DNA of 64,000 nucleotides from Octopus vulgaris (Eukaryota), in the NCBI GenBank assembly GCA_951406725.2, contig OX597834.1, positions 5,518,001 through 5,582,000 of the forward strand. Direction: 5' to 3'. This document shows, one piece after another, positions 13,100 through 27,180 of this stretch. The number at the start of each line of letters is the position of its first letter. The first letter of the stretch is position 1. A model generated the notes under the pieces. It was not told the origin of the DNA. It ran no database searches and saw nothing but the letters and a program-made list of their open reading frames with translations. Made by a program: the position numbers and the translations under genes.

Positions 13100-13500
13100 G
13101 TTTCTTTACTACCCACAAGAAGCCAAACATAGAGGGGACAAACAAGGACAGACAAAGGGATTAAAGTCGATTAGATCGACCCCAGTGCGTAACTGGTACG
13201 AAAGGATCAGAGGCGAAGTCGACCTCGGCGGAATTTGAACTCAGAACGTAACGGCAAACGAAATACCTATTTCTTTATTACCCACAAGGCGCTAAACACA
13301 GAAGGGACAAACAAGCACAGACATAGGTATTAAGTCGATTACATCGACCCCAGTGCGTAACTAGTACTTAATTTATCGACCCCGAAAGGGTGAGAGGCAA
13401 AGTCGACCTCGGCGGAATTTGAACTCAGAACGTAACGGCAGACGAAATGCGGCTACGCATTTCGCCCGGCGTGCTAACGTTTTTGCCAGCTCGCCGCCCT
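13100..13500 (-). mobile_element. SINE family A dimer
   Basis: Two units with the junction gaaatac|ctatttcttt at about 13265 and the head at about 13497. Confidence 0.92.
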
Positions 13501-13784
13501 TATCATCATCATCATCATCATCATCATCATAATCTACGACTAGTCACTACCTCCAATACTGCCCTTGTTTACTCCATGTATGCTAAATTAACATTATATT
13601 TTCACATCAAATTAAGAGGTGTGCTAGGTGTGTTATCGCATCTGCAACAGTAACTCTCATCTTTACACTCAATAACGTAATTTGTTTGTTATGTTTTTTT
13701 GTTTTGCAAACAACTATGTTGTAAGCTGGAATCTAACTCCCTCCCGACAAATTATCCCCTCGTGTCGATATTAATGCCTGATGA

Positions 13785-13950
13785 AGCTGGTGAGATGGCA
13801 GAACCGTTAGCACACCGTGCAAAATGATTAGCGACATTTCGTCAGTCTCAGCATTCTGATTTCGAATTCTGCTGTGATAGGCTTTGCCTTTTATCCTGTT
13901 GAGCAGTGGTCCCTTCCCAAAACTGCTGACTATGTACCTAAATTTGAAAG

Positions 13951-14019
<69 letters not shown>

Positions 14020-14136
14020 TGTTATTATTATTATTAATATTATCATTATTATTATTATTATGTGAGAGAGCAGTGCGTGCCTCAAAGTGAGACTGGGGTA
14101 AAATATACGAAGCCCAGTATACCCATCATCATCATC

Positions 14137-14207
<71 letters not shown>

Positions 14208-14217
14208 CATTATTATT
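13785..14217. repeat. Old SINE A (+), (ATT)n, about 65-bp 3' stub of the 57685-58238 element, then (ATC/ATT)n
   Basis: 14062-14127 gagagagcagtgcgtgcctcaaagtgagactggggtaaaatatacgaagccc matches the copies at 57433 and 57685. Confidence 0.8.
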
Positions 14218-16298
14218 CAGTAGTTTTATTTTTATAGCGTGCTTTCACTTTACTACCGAGCGCAGCTCTGTGTGCCTTGGGTATGTGCTGTGATTTGTTG
14301 TGATGCTCTGATGGTTATTGTATGGAAAGTGTTCTGCGTAGGATGTGTGCAGTGCCTAGTAGTGCAATTTTCTGTATGTTATATGTGTTTGTAAGTCCTG
14401 GTGTTTTGTTATGTATTTGTTTGAATATTTTTCTATCATGCCTAATGCACCTACTATGATAGGAATTGTTTCTGTTTTTAGATTCCACATTCTGGTTACC
14501 TCTATTTCCAGGTCTTTGTATTTTGAAAGTTTCTCCATTTCTTTTAGAGATACGTTGTCATCTGCCGGTATTGATACATCAATTAGAAAGCATTTTTTTC
14601 TTCATGATCTCTGACAACTATATCTGGTCTGTTGGCCATAATTTCTCTATCTGTGTTTATCGGCATATCCCAGAGTATGGTTGCTTTCCCGTTTTCTGTG
14701 ACCTTTTCTGGTGTGTGCCTATACTATCTTTTTTCTGTTGTTATTCCATAATGTTTGCATAGTTTCCAGTGTATGTAGGTTCCAACTCTGTCATGTCTGT
14801 GAATATATTCCTTCTTAGCCAGGACTGGGCAGCCAGAGATAATATGATTTATTGTTTCTTGTCCATCTCCACATATTCTGCAGTTACTTATTATATTTCT
14901 TTTCATTACATGTTTTTGGTAATTTCTGGTGGGGAGGCTTTTGTCTTGTGCTGCAATTAAAAATCCCTCTGTCTCTGCTTTGAGTCCTGAGCTTCTCAAC
15001 CATTGCTGGGATTTTTCTTTGTCTATTTCTTTTGCATTTAGTTTAGTCCAGTATTTACCATGAAGGGGCTTTTCTTGCCATCGTTTTATCATGGTTCTTT
15101 GCTGTTCTAGTTTTAGTTTGGATTTCATTTGTTTTATAGCTTTTGTTGTTTCTTCTTCTTCTTCTTCTTCTTCTTCTTCTTCTTCTTCTTCTTCTTCTTC
15201 TTCTTCTTCTTCTTCTTCTTTTTCATATTTGTTAGGTGGTATGATTTCTTGTTTGTATTTGTCAGCTTCCTTAAATACTGAGAACAGTTTTTTGTTTTGC
15301 TCGTGTTTTGCCGCTATTTGTATCTGTTTTCCTTCCTTCTGAAGTAGATATTTTTGCAGTCCTATGGTGGTTATTTTATAGTAGTTTTCCAGCTGTATTT
15401 TGGCCTCTACCACCTTCTATACGTTGTATATATATAGTCTTTCTATGTCAGATTTTGGGTGATGCATCCTAGATTCTGTCATTATTTTTCTTGTTTTCCT
15501 ATCTAGTTTGGTCAGTTCATTTAGTGTCCAGTTAAGGATATTGTAGCTGTAAATTATAACTGGGACAGCTAAAGTGTTAATACCTATTATCTTGTTTTTA
15601 GCATTGAGCTCTGTTTTTAGTATTGATCTACCTCGTCTATAATATTCTTTTTTTATTTTCTCTTTCATTTGTGCGTGTTGTGTCTTATCTAGTTCATGGA
15701 TTCCTAAGTATTTGTAAGTTTGGCTTTGGTCTAATTCTTTTATTTCATTGGTTTTATCTAGTGTGATGTTGTTACTCTTAACTAGTTTTCCTCTTTTCAG
15801 GGTTACTTTGGCGCATTTTTCTAATCCAAATTTCATATCTATTTCTTTGGTAAATCCATGAACTGTCTTTAATAGTGTTTCCAGCTGTTTGTCATTTGCA
15901 GCGTATAGTTTTAGGTCATCCATATATAAAAGGTGGCTGATCGTTTTGCCGTAACATTTATATCCGCATCCAGTTCTATTTAGCATATCAGATAGAGGTG
16001 ACAGTGCCAAGCAGAAAAGGAGTGGAGAGAGCGTGGCTCCCTGGAATATTCCTCTTCTAATGGGAATGGCTTTGGTCTTCATGAGTCCCTCTTTTGTTTG
16101 GTGCTGTAGCACTGTTTGCCATTTATTCATAGAGTGTCCTATGAATTTTATAATTGTTGGTGCTACTTTGTTAATGGCTAGTGTTTCGAGGATCCATGTG
16201 TGGGGGATGCTATCAAACGCCTTTTTTGTAGTCGATCCATGCAATACTGAGGCCTTTCTTCTTTCTGTGGCTGTCTTCAGTTATGGCTTTATTAATCA
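14218..16298 (-). mobile_element. R4/Dong-clade non-LTR retrotransposon: RT, CCHC and RLE, frameshifted, 5' part missing
   Basis: RT motifs AWIDYKK/AFDS, GIFQGATLSPLLF and HLLYMDDLKL; zinc knuckle CRICGDGQETINHIISGC; RLE DVSIPADD..KEMEKLSKY. The 3' UTR ends in (AAT)n. An in-frame (GAA)n lies at about 15150-15220. Confidence 0.95.
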
Positions 16299-16933
16299 CT
16301 AGCAGTATCGCCCGGCGTTGCTCGGGTTTGTAAGGGAAATAACTATATAAGCATTTTTAGAGAGTTATAGCCAAAAAATAGCAAAAAATGCATTAAAAAT
16401 GGAAAAAATATGATGGTAAATTTTTTTTTAAATCGTTGACTCATCGTAGACATTTTTAGAGAGTTACTTCCCTTATATAATAGCGAAAAAATGCATTAAA
16501 ATGGAAAAAAAACGATGGTAAATTTTTTTTTAAATCGTACTCATGTAGACGCTTTCTTAGCCATTTCTGTTTTGGTGTCTTCAAGCCATGAAGTCGTTGT
16601 TCTAAAAGAACACTGGTCTCCTTGACAACGCATTACGACGTTGATTTCCTTACACTCCCTTCCCCACAGGTGCAGGTGTGAGCGTGGACGCCAACTCCGC
16701 CGCCATCGACACACGAAAAATTATGTATTAAAATGGAATAAAAAATGATGTTAAATTATTTTTAAAATCGTAGACTCATCGTAGACGCGCGCTAATATTC
16801 AGACGGGCTTGATATGAATCACGACTATAAGCTACCCGAATTTGGTTAAACGGTACCGCAAAATGTGGGAGTAGTTAGGAATCTAAATCGAAGGGGACAG
16901 ACACTCACACAACTACAGTTTTATATATATAGA
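16299..16933 (-). mobile_element. Non-autonomous Helitron
   Basis: The minus strand begins TC(tatatatataaaactg) and ends with hairpin cccgagcaacgccggg plus CTAG, inserted between A and T. A second copy lies at 48868-49377. Confidence 0.88.
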
Positions 16934-16949
16934 TATACATAGCGCAGTA

Positions 16950-17305
16950 GTGGTGAGATATGACAGCAAAGAAAAGCATACATTCACTCTCTGCATGCAA
17001 TTAGACTCGGAAAGTTCGTGAGGAACCCATTGACCCAATTTGCTGACTTTTCCGATAGCACACAGGTGTCAATGAATGGTTGAATGACCAAATCCAAGCT
17101 TCTCTGCTAGTTCCTCAACAGTTACGATGATATTTTGTTCCACCAGGGTTTTCAGGATGTCCTTGTCGAGTTCTACAGATCTTTCAGGATGAGGCTCGTC
17201 TTCTAGGCTGTAGTTTATGGCTCGGGATTTCTGGAACCACCATTGACACTGCCTTACGCTTTTTGTCCAATCCCCATATACTGCATTAATATTTCTTGTA
17301 CTTTG
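16950..17305 (-). mobile_element. Mariner transposase N-terminal fragment
   Basis: RNINAVYG..QWWFQK..SLEDEP..TVEELAEKLGFGHSTIH*HL.AIGKVSKLGQWVPHELSE, containing the WVPHEL motif. Confidence 0.88.
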
Positions 17306-17368
17306 CACACATTTATATTCTGTTATTCTTTTATATGTTTCAGCCTTGAGGTTGTGGCCATGCTGGAT

Positions 17369-17406
<38 letters not shown>

Positions 17407-17842
17407 TATCTGTCTGTCTGTCTGTATGTATATATGTATATGTATGTGTGTGAACAATAATATTTTCAACAGATGTGTTGCAAATGTATCTGATTGTTCT
17501 CAAGCTTCAATACTGTGTGTGTATGTGTGTATGTATGTATGTGTATGTATGTATGTATGTATGTATATGTATGTATGTATGTATGTGTGTATGTATGTAT
17601 GTGTGTGTGTATGTATGTGTGTGTGCGTGTGTGTATGTATGTATGTATGTATGTATGAGTGTATGTTTACTTTAATACTAATTACTCTCTTCCAAGAACA
17701 TTTTCACTCACTCTTAGCTCTTAGCTTCCCATACATTTTACTCATGTATCTATCAGCGTCAAGCCTTTGCGGCATCCTTTCTGCTCTTCTGGAAACAGGT
17801 TGTTTTCGTCCAGGTGCTTGTTCAGCCTTTGCGATATCACTG

Positions 17843-17894
<52 letters not shown>

Positions 17895-17942
17895 ATGTCT
17901 CTATAATTTATCGAGGTTCAAAAGAAAATGGAGAATATATAA

Positions 17943-18691
<749 letters not shown>

Positions 18692-18699
18692 CGAATGGG

Positions 18700-18880
18700 C
18701 TTTTGTATATGCATATTCTTCCTTTGAGACAGATTAACGCTTGTGGTGTTTCTCCCTTATCATATTCTGAGAAACCACATAAAAAAAAGATAAAAATTGT
18801 CTCTAATCTTGTGTACACAAACTGTTTAAACCAGATTTCGAAGAGAAATAAACATCCACACAGAAATAAATTTAAAGAGA
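18700..18880 (+). mobile_element. Possible PLE GIY-YIG C-terminal remnant
   Basis: NACGVSPLSYSEK...CLNQISKRNKHPHRNKFK resembles the PLE C-terminal C.LC..EK...LN.R.E...C.H.NKF pattern. Confidence 0.4.
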
Positions 18881-18899
18881 TAAATGAATTAGGAGCCGC

Positions 18900-20101
18900 T
18901 TCTTTATTTGGGAATATGTTTCAATTCGATATTGAAAACGTTGTTATTGTAAGGAAACGTATATTAGCCAGAATATTGAGCAGAAATAAAAATCTGTGAA
19001 TTTTGCGTGAACTTTTTACATTTTTGACTGCGTGTAGGGATTCGGTACTTCTCAGCAGTGAAGAAATTAACTTCAATCTAATTCTGTTCTTAGGATACAG
19101 CAAATCCGTTCTTAATTACTGTGTCACCACACTTGAAAAAGAAGATTTAAATTGGGTAATTTTAACTGTGGTGCGTCATGGGAATAACGTATTTCAAATA
19201 ATACCAAACTAAAGATTTTTGGATCTTTTCCCTTTGAACGGCAGATCGAGAAATTAATTTTTTGTAACTAAACACTTTCAAACTTCGGACATTGGTAGAA
19301 TGTGTCATATAAAACATCTATTACTCTTAGTGTTGTTGAGAAAAGTTTATATTTTCAAAATTATTTCTTGTTAAAGTAGTCGTATTTCGGTAATTTCAAC
19401 CAATCAACGACGCGTATTCAGCTGAATAAAATTACTGCCGCTGTTTGTCAACAACAACTATCGGTGGTGTATATTTCGTTTGTCACTGTTATTTATGACA
19501 TATTTCATCTCAGTTATGTTTTGCATGAATAAACGAGTGTATCTGAAGCATGTTTACTTCATGCCACCACCATAATCGTTCGTGCATTTCTACTGCTTTT
19601 ATTTTTCTTTCTTCCCTGTTTTTCATCTACCATTTTCGGAAATACTTTTTTGCTCCCCACCCCACATGTCAATAAATTTAGTTCGCTTCGAATCACGCTT
19701 GCTATTAGACCCTGAATAAAGGTGCACAGGAGATTATGCTGGGTTGAATGCGCAACTGAACATACGCTGTGCAGCAGAAACACGTGTCGGTCATTCTAAC
19801 CAAATAAATATGGTGTATGACCAACTGTAAAATTAAAGGGAAAACAATTCTGATGATGTACCCATCTCTGTGTTACTCTTTACTCTTTACTCTTTTACTT
19901 GTTTCAGTCATTTGACTGTGACCATGCTGGAGCACCACCTTTAGTCGAGCAAATCGACTCCAGGACTTAGTTTTGTAAGCCTAATACTTATTCTATCGAT
20001 CATATTTTCTCGAACCGCTAAGTTACGGGGACGTAAACACACCAGCATCGGTTGTCAAGCGATGTTGGGGGACAAACAAAGACACACAAACATACACACA
20101 T

Positions 20102-20169
<68 letters not shown>

Positions 20170-20276
20170 TTAATCTAGGATAAAAATTTTTCGAAAAAAA
20201 ATTTTATGAATGGCCAGCATATTAAAAAATACCTTCAAAGGTTAAATTTATAAACAACTAATAAATAAGGGCAAAC

Positions 20277-20362
<86 letters not shown>

Positions 20363-21000
20363 CAGACAGATATATAGATAGATAGTGATAGATGGATATA
20401 GATAGATGTAGATATAGATATACAACATTAATTGTGACAACATATCAAGCGAAACCGCGTGTATTTAGCGAAGTATACTATTTGAAAAAAAAATTAATGA
20501 GATTTATTTTGCAATGAAGGATGCCACAGGCAACCACTTTTACAGTATCCCACCCGCAAAGTAAAGATGCAGCGTAGATCGAAATGATCATGTTGAACAA
20601 AGTTTCTTGCCATCTCCATTTTCTGTTTCCCTCAGTCATTACACACACACACACAGACACACACACACACATATGTATATATATATACATGTGTGTGTGT
20701 GTGTGTTTTGAAAGAGGTAGAGCCATCATAAGGTATCTCTGCCTGTTTCAAAGCGAATACGTCCCATATTGTGCTCCCAGTTAGTAAATATTTCTTACGG
20801 GAAAACATAATTTCAAAAAGAAAAACACAACTGCTGATGATATTAAAATTGCTGAAAATTGTTCGTTTTAGCTCTTAACAGACCATCTAGGAATATTGCA
20901 TATCTACAGGCACTGAACAAGACATTGGAAATTTTACTAATTTGAAAAATAATCTGTTTAAAGTAATTATGTAAATTAGAACAGTATGTTTAAAAACCCA
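18900..21000 (+). pseudogene. Decayed iGluR/IR-like remnant (N-terminal region, S1, pre-M1, pore, S2)
   Basis: A nearly open frame at 18900-19212, then SLRITLAIRP, DYAGLNAQL and NKYGV (19680-19820), SFLPSPFSVSL (about 20600-20635), LCLFQSEYVP..IFLTG and EYCISTGT. Interrupted by repeats. Confidence 0.35.
19870..20110 (-). mobile_element. SINE family B, 3' half
   Basis: cttttacttgtttcagtcatttgactgtgaccatgctggagcaccacc. Confidence 0.88.
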
Positions 21001-21234
21001 GTTTTCTAGAAAATGAAATAAACTACTGCAATAAAATAATTATTTTAGTTATTATATATTTTATGGCAATGTGGTTAAGAGGCACGCTTCAACACTGTGT
21101 GGTTTCGTGTTCAGTTGCAACAGAATAGAACCTTGGGCAAGTGTTTTCTACAATAGCCCCGGGGCGACTAAAGCTTTGTGAACGATTTGATAGATGCAAA
21201 ATCTGTGAAATCATGTTGTGTGCTTATGTTGTAA

Positions 21235-21423
21235 CTACACACGTAAAGTTGGCGATTTTCCTTCTTTTGTCTTTCCCCTATCTCCTCTCCGACGAAGAGC
21301 TATGCTCAAAACGTCAAACTCTCTCTTTTTATCGTGTGTCAAACTAATACATTCCTTGTGTATGTTCTTTTGTCCGTTAATTTTATTATTTGTTTATTTG
21401 AAAATTGATTGTTTAAATGAATT

Positions 21424-21428
<5 letters not shown>
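21235..21428 (+). mobile_element. PLE terminal fragment with a decayed hammerhead
   Basis: CCGACGA-a-gagc-tat-gctc-AAAACGTC (G12 lost) at 21289-21315. Related to 28982-29188; ends in (TA)n. Confidence 0.5.
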
Positions 21429-21481
<53 letters not shown>

Positions 21482-21859
21482 ACCAAACTTTGAAAGTGTC
21501 GGATGTGGTTGGTTTCAATTTGTATTGGAACTCGTTGGTGGTGGGTATTCGTTGTCAGGCCTGGCAGCAGTTTACCTCGCTTGCAATGTATAGAAAACAC
21601 CGTGTCATACAATCACTGATTTAAGAGAATTTTACTGAAATACCACAAAGAGTAACGGTTATGGCCTCGTGTTGATATAAACACTCTCACTCACACGCAT
21701 TTCGTATCTATTTACGAAAAGCTTTCAAACAGCGTTCGTTTATTGGATTTCATTCAGACGATATTGGTAAGCAAGAAGCTATAGCAGAAGAGGGATCGAA
21801 ACTACAGCCAAAAGATTGTGAAACAAATTTCTTAATATTACAGCCATACCTGCGCCCAT

Positions 21860-22610
21860 GCTGTTTGGCTAATTATTGATATGAAATAAAATTTAGCTTC
21901 GAGAATTGTTTAGAACTGAATTGTGAACAAAAAATGGCAGCTGAATAGATATAACTATTATATGAAAGTGAATTCCCAAAAGTATTTATATGAATGAAAT
22001 GAGCGCATCGGTACATTGACCCCGAGGTAAAAAAAATACCCAATAATATTCAAATTGTAATAAAACCTTTTAGTTTTACATTGATTTTTAGATATTAGAT
22101 CCTAAGCAGGTTGTATGATCTTTGTTTTTTTTCCAGTTTCATGGACTGATCTGTTTACAAATATTTCCAATAATCTGAAACCGATAGCGGCAACCCGTCT
22201 AATTTGTTGTCATCATAAAAAAGATCATAGATGTAGAGGCCCTTGTGATCAATAACCTCAAAAGTTAAATAAATTAAATTTAAATTTGATTGAATTCATT
22301 TTGATTTTTCAGAACTAATCAAAAGCTGAAAGCTGATTAAACAAACCATGTTTGTATATAACATTGTTATACGAAATACGATTCTTTGAGGGAGTACTTG
22401 ATGCATCTTGGAGTTATATCTCTCTGTTGGTGTCGTAGTACATTGTTTTATTATATGGAAACTAACGGCATTTAATACTTTTGATAACACTATATGACAG
22501 TCATTGAGTAAAATTATAAATGGACACTCGACATAAAAGAAATAATAATCCAATACACAACATATCTACAAAACCGAGCCATATCTCGATTGCAGGTTTC
22601 ATTCAACAAC
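21860..22610 (-). pseudogene. Decayed iGluR/IR-like remnant (M1, pore, M3, S2)
   Basis: KPAIEIWLGFVDMLCIGLLFLLCRV (M1), SFHIIKQC (pore), ITMLYTNMVCLISFQLL (M3), then DYWKYL, LGIHF and HNSVL/TILEA (S2), in colinear order across frameshifts. Confidence 0.45.
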
Positions 22611-23116
22611 AACCACACCAACAAAAACAACTTTATACTACAATGATTATTTATAAGTTTAATATGGTAACATGGTAATAATAATTTTGTTAACGATTAT
22701 CGGTAGCACGCCGGGAACATGTTTAGCGTCATTTCACCCGTCTTTACGTTCCGAGTTCAAATTCTGCCGAGGTCGACTTTGCTTTCCATCCCTTTGGGCT
22801 CAATAACATAAGTACTTGTTGAACACTGGGGTCGATTTAATCGACTAACTCCCCACACCCGTTGAAATTGCTGGGCTTGTACCAAAATTTGAAACCAATA
22901 TTGTTAACAATGATTTATTTATGCTCAGCTTATACTACCGTGGAATGATTTTATGACTGGTTTTACATCGGCACTTAACAAATTCTGATTTAATTGCTCT
23001 CAGAAAGTGGAAGAACAATGGCTAGCACGGAGGGATTCGAACCAGGAGCCTAAAGGGATGGAACTAAATACAAAAATATTTTTATGTGTCGTACAGATTC
23101 TAGCATTCATTAAACC

Positions 23117-23347
23117 TATTTCTTTACTACCCACAAGGGGCTAAATACAGAGAGAACAAACAAGGACAGACAAACGGATTAAGTCGATTATATCGACCCC
23201 AGTGCGTAACTGGTACTCAATTTATCGACCCAGAAGTATAAAAGGTAAATTCGACCTCCTCGGAATTTGAACTCAGAACGTAGCGTCAGACGAAATACAG
23301 CTACGCATTTCGCTCGGCGTGCTAACGTTTCTGTCAGCTCGCCGCCT
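23117..23347 (-). mobile_element. SINE family A monomer with 19-bp TSD
   Basis: TSD ttctagcattc(a/t)ttaaacc at 23098-23116 and 23348-23366. Confidence 0.95.
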
Positions 23348-23622
23348 TTCTAGCATTCTTTAAACCCTTAATTGAAACTAATGATATGATTTCATTTTAC
23401 TTTATTAGCAACAAAGGCTCGAAGAGATACCAAAAATAGAGAACTTTCATTTGGGGTTACAAAGAAAAAGAAGATAACATAGAGTGTGAAGAAGAAGAAT
23501 GCTTACAAATTATGAAAGATGGGGTAAGAGAAGTTCTATAATAAATGGAAGAACATGTTTAGAATTCTAAAGGTACGCTCACATGCATAGATATACACAC
23601 AGACTCTCTCTCTTTTTCTCAC

Positions 23623-23676
<54 letters not shown>

Positions 23677-23799
23677 TCGTGTATATGCACACACATTTGC
23701 GTACATCTATATTTACACAGATGCATGCATAGAGACATTTGCACAGAAATAAATTAAAATGCTCCAAAATGTACAATAATTAAAACAAGATGAAATTTA

Positions 23800-26199
23800 A
23801 AGAAAAAAAAAACAGAATAATATTTGGTTCGGTAGAGAATATTTTTGCCGTTTCTGTTCCCACGAATTTCTGGATGTGACTTTTATACTTATGTTTTTTC
23901 TTCCTGTCAGTTGCAGGACCTTAAATGACCCTCCATACTGATATAAAACTGGCGTCGACAATCTTTGTTCTTTCGTTTGATTACAGGAAATATTTAAGAT
24001 TTCCACCAAAACTATAGAATTTCCTTTAAATGGAAGAGAGGATTCAAACGTTCTGACTACGACTTTCGTAAACCTCTTGATGTTCTCTCCATACTTCAAA
24101 CAGGAAATGATGAGCTTTGCGCATCTCATTCCAAGTAATCGTACGGTTCAAAAACTGTAAGCAACTTTTTATTCCGTATTGAAAAAAACCCACAGTAAGC
24201 AACATCTTGAGAATTCCTAAAGCAAATTAAGCTGTTATCCCACTCTGTAAGTAAGAACGTAAATGTTGCATCTAAAACGTTTGCTATTACAATCTTAACA
24301 TATATATGATTGTATGACGCCATATTCATATGTTTAGCTGGATCAAATCTTTCTAAAAATTTGGGAAAGAAATAGTGGTAAATAACTTATTAATATGGAT
24401 AACTTTTTTTTGGTTGGAAAGATACCTTTGGACCTTTATTTATCCTGTATACATTTTTAATGAAAGAAAACGTATTTGTCCATTTTCTGTGAACTTGTAA
24501 ATTTCCAAAATCTCGAAGAATCAACCAATCTTTTGTACCAATATTGTGATTTAGTTAAGGCGGCGAGCTGGCAGAAATGTTAGCACGCCGGGCGAAATGC
24601 TTAGCGTTATATCATCTGCCGTTACGTTCTGAGTTCGAATTCCGCCGAGGTCGACTTTGCCTTTCATCCTTTCGGAGTCGATAAATTAAGGACCAGTTAT
24701 GCACTGGGGTCGATATAATCGACTTAATCCGTTTGTCTGTCCTTGTTTGTCCCCTCTGTGTTTAGCCCCTTGTGAGCAATAAAGAAATAAGGAACGCTAG
24801 CAGTATTTCGTCTGCCGCTACGTTTTGCCTTTCATCCTTTCGGGGTCGATTAAATAAGTACCAGTTACGCACTGGGGTCTATATAATCGACTTAATCCGT
24901 TTGTTTGTCCTTCTTTATCGTCTCTGTGTTTAGCCCCTTGTAGGTAGTAAAGAAATAGATATTTCGCCTGCCGCTACGTTCTGAGTTCAAATTCCGCCGA
25001 GGTCGACTTTGCCTTCCATCCTTTCGGGAATCGATAAATTAAGTACCAGTTTCGTACTGGTGTCGATCTAATCAACTAGCCCCTCCCCCAAAACTTTTGG
25101 CCTTGTACCTAGAGTAGAAAAGAATATTTTGTTTTAGCTGTGAGGTGGCGAAATGGCATAATCGTTACCACTCCGGACAAAATACTTAATGGTTATGCCG
25201 CTGGGGGGTCAACATTGCCTTTCCCCTTTTTGGTGGAGTCGATAGAAAGTACCAGTTGAGCAATATCATCGATGTAACGGACTTACCCTGCTCCCTCGAA
25301 CTTGATGGCCTTGTGCCAAAATTTGGAACAAATATTTATTTTAACCGTAAGCAAAGTGCTGGCAGGATTTTTACCGCGCTGGACACAATGCTTAGCGGCA
25401 TTTCTTAGACTTTATGTTCTGAGTTCAAATTCCGCTGGGATCGACTTTGCTTTTCATCCATTTGGGGTTGATACAATAAGTACCAGTTGAACACTGGCGT
25501 CGATATAATTCAAGTTACCCGCTCCCAAGTAACTGTTGGCCATGTGTCAAAAGTTGAAACCAATATTTATTTTAGCCATAGTTACATACTGATAATTATT
25601 CAAAATGGGTCGATTTCCCGTAAAATAAATTCACATCGCATGAAGCCAATGATTTTGGTTCTTAATAAGGTGTTCATTTGGTCGTCTGAAGCTTGTTCTT
25701 CGAAGGCATTAAATCATAATTCAGCTCTGGATTGATTTCAGGAATGAGAAAGCAAATAACATTTTTTCCTACGTAGTTCATTGCCTCAATATTATGGAAA
25801 CATGGATATATTTAATTTTTTGTTAGTATTTCCTCGGATCCTCAACAGAAAATTACAAAACTGTCACTTAATTTTCATCCCTTGAAATTATGTAGCACCT
25901 GTAATACAAATGCTATATGTCTCTAAGAAATACTTCTAATCTATTAGTCTATTGTCTCCCATTCTATACTTACACGCTTCGTTCTCACGTATTAAGTAAG
26001 CTCTGGGAAATCAGGATAGTAAATAGCATATTCTTTGGAGAAGGCATTCTATTCGCGGTTAACTTTCGTCCATAATTGATTTAGTATCTTTGTCACCATC
26101 AAAGCAAACATACTAATGTCCTTCTAAATAGAACATTACCTGTTGAACAGAGGCACATGAGTACTATAATCTAAGCTGTAGCACCTTCCACGGGGCCAT
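23800..26199 (-). pseudogene. Decayed IR-like gene: signal-peptide exon, intron, S1 and pore-region remnants
   Basis: ATG at 26199 gives MAPWKVLQL/IIVLMCLCST, then donor G|GTAATG (26139) and acceptor tttgtattacag (25899). Downstream: KLSILISYLPLF, IANVLDATFTF..EW..DVAYCGFF..VFEPY, CAKLII, VVRTFESSL, ISCNQ and YGGSFKVLQLT. SINEs interrupt 24558-25560. Confidence 0.4.
24558..25560 (+). mobile_element. SINE family A trimer (24558-25125) followed by two older copies
   Basis: Head ggcggcgagctggcagaaatg, three tandem core units, and diverged copies at about 25140-25335 and 25350-25565. Confidence 0.9.
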
Positions 26200-26811
26200 G
26201 GCTGCTGAAATTTAGCGTCTATTAAAGTACTTTTTCTATTATTTACATCATTGCACTTGGATTTTGTTTTGTTCTGTGACAGTCGTAGTGACATAATTAC
26301 ATTTATAATATGTTTATTCATATATGTTATTGATTTTAAAAGTTGCATTTACAGTGATCACTTTACTTCCCACTAACATGCTGAAAATCTAGTAATAATC
26401 GCCCAATTTTCGAAATCCATTTTTGATTTAGAATTTGGAAACTGTTTTCCTAACATTTATAACGTAAGTTACTTTATGATCTTAAGTTGAAAGACATTAT
26501 TATGATGTTGCTTTTCACATTCGCCGTCAACTATGAAAGAGGAATTATAGTCACTTCTCATATGCACAGGACCATACTACATACTTCTTTGTAACAGTTT
26601 GAAACATTCTTGGTTACGTTTCAGTATTCGGTGATTTTGCAGAGACAAATCAATAATTTTCTTTTCTGGGTAGTGATTATTAAAGATACAAATGAGTAGA
26701 TTATGTTTCCGAAAAACAAAACAAAATCCCTTTGAATTTGATCTGTAGTTTTTCTAATTTTTCATCAATATTGATTACAGGTGAAAGTAATAAACCTTTC
26801 TACTATATGTA

Positions 26812-27180
26812 CAAGGCCTGAAATTATGGGGGAGAGGTAAGTCGATTACGTCGACCCCACTGTTTCACGGGTGCTTAATTTATCAATCCTGAAAGGATGA
26901 AAGACGACCTCGGTGGAATTTGAACTCAGAACTTAGCGACGGGCAAAATACCTATTTCTTTACTAACCACAAGGGGCTAAACACAGAGAGGACAAACAAG
27001 GACAGACAGACGGATTAAGTCGATTATATCGACCCCAGTGCGTAACTGGTACTTATTTAATCGACCCAGAAAGGATAAAAGGCAAAGTCGACCTCGGCGG
27101 AATTTGAATTCAGAACATAGTGGCAGACGAAATACCGCTAAGCATTTCGCCCGGCGTGCTAACGTTTCTGTCAGCTTTGC
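26812..27180 (-). mobile_element. SINE family A dimer
   Basis: Junction gcaaaatac|ctatttcttt at about 26950. Confidence 0.9.

Noticed and set aside
12900-13780. Further possible IR remnant (GIHINI, VLGVLSHLQQ)
   Set aside because: The motifs are too few and too weak to list.
19220-19560. Possible DNA-transposon fragment starting ggatcttttcc
   Set aside because: No matching second terminus or second copy in the window to support a call.
20440-20478. gcgaaaccgcgtgtatttagcgaagt as a Helitron 3' end
   Set aside because: The hairpin is incomplete, CTAG is absent and no 5' end was found.
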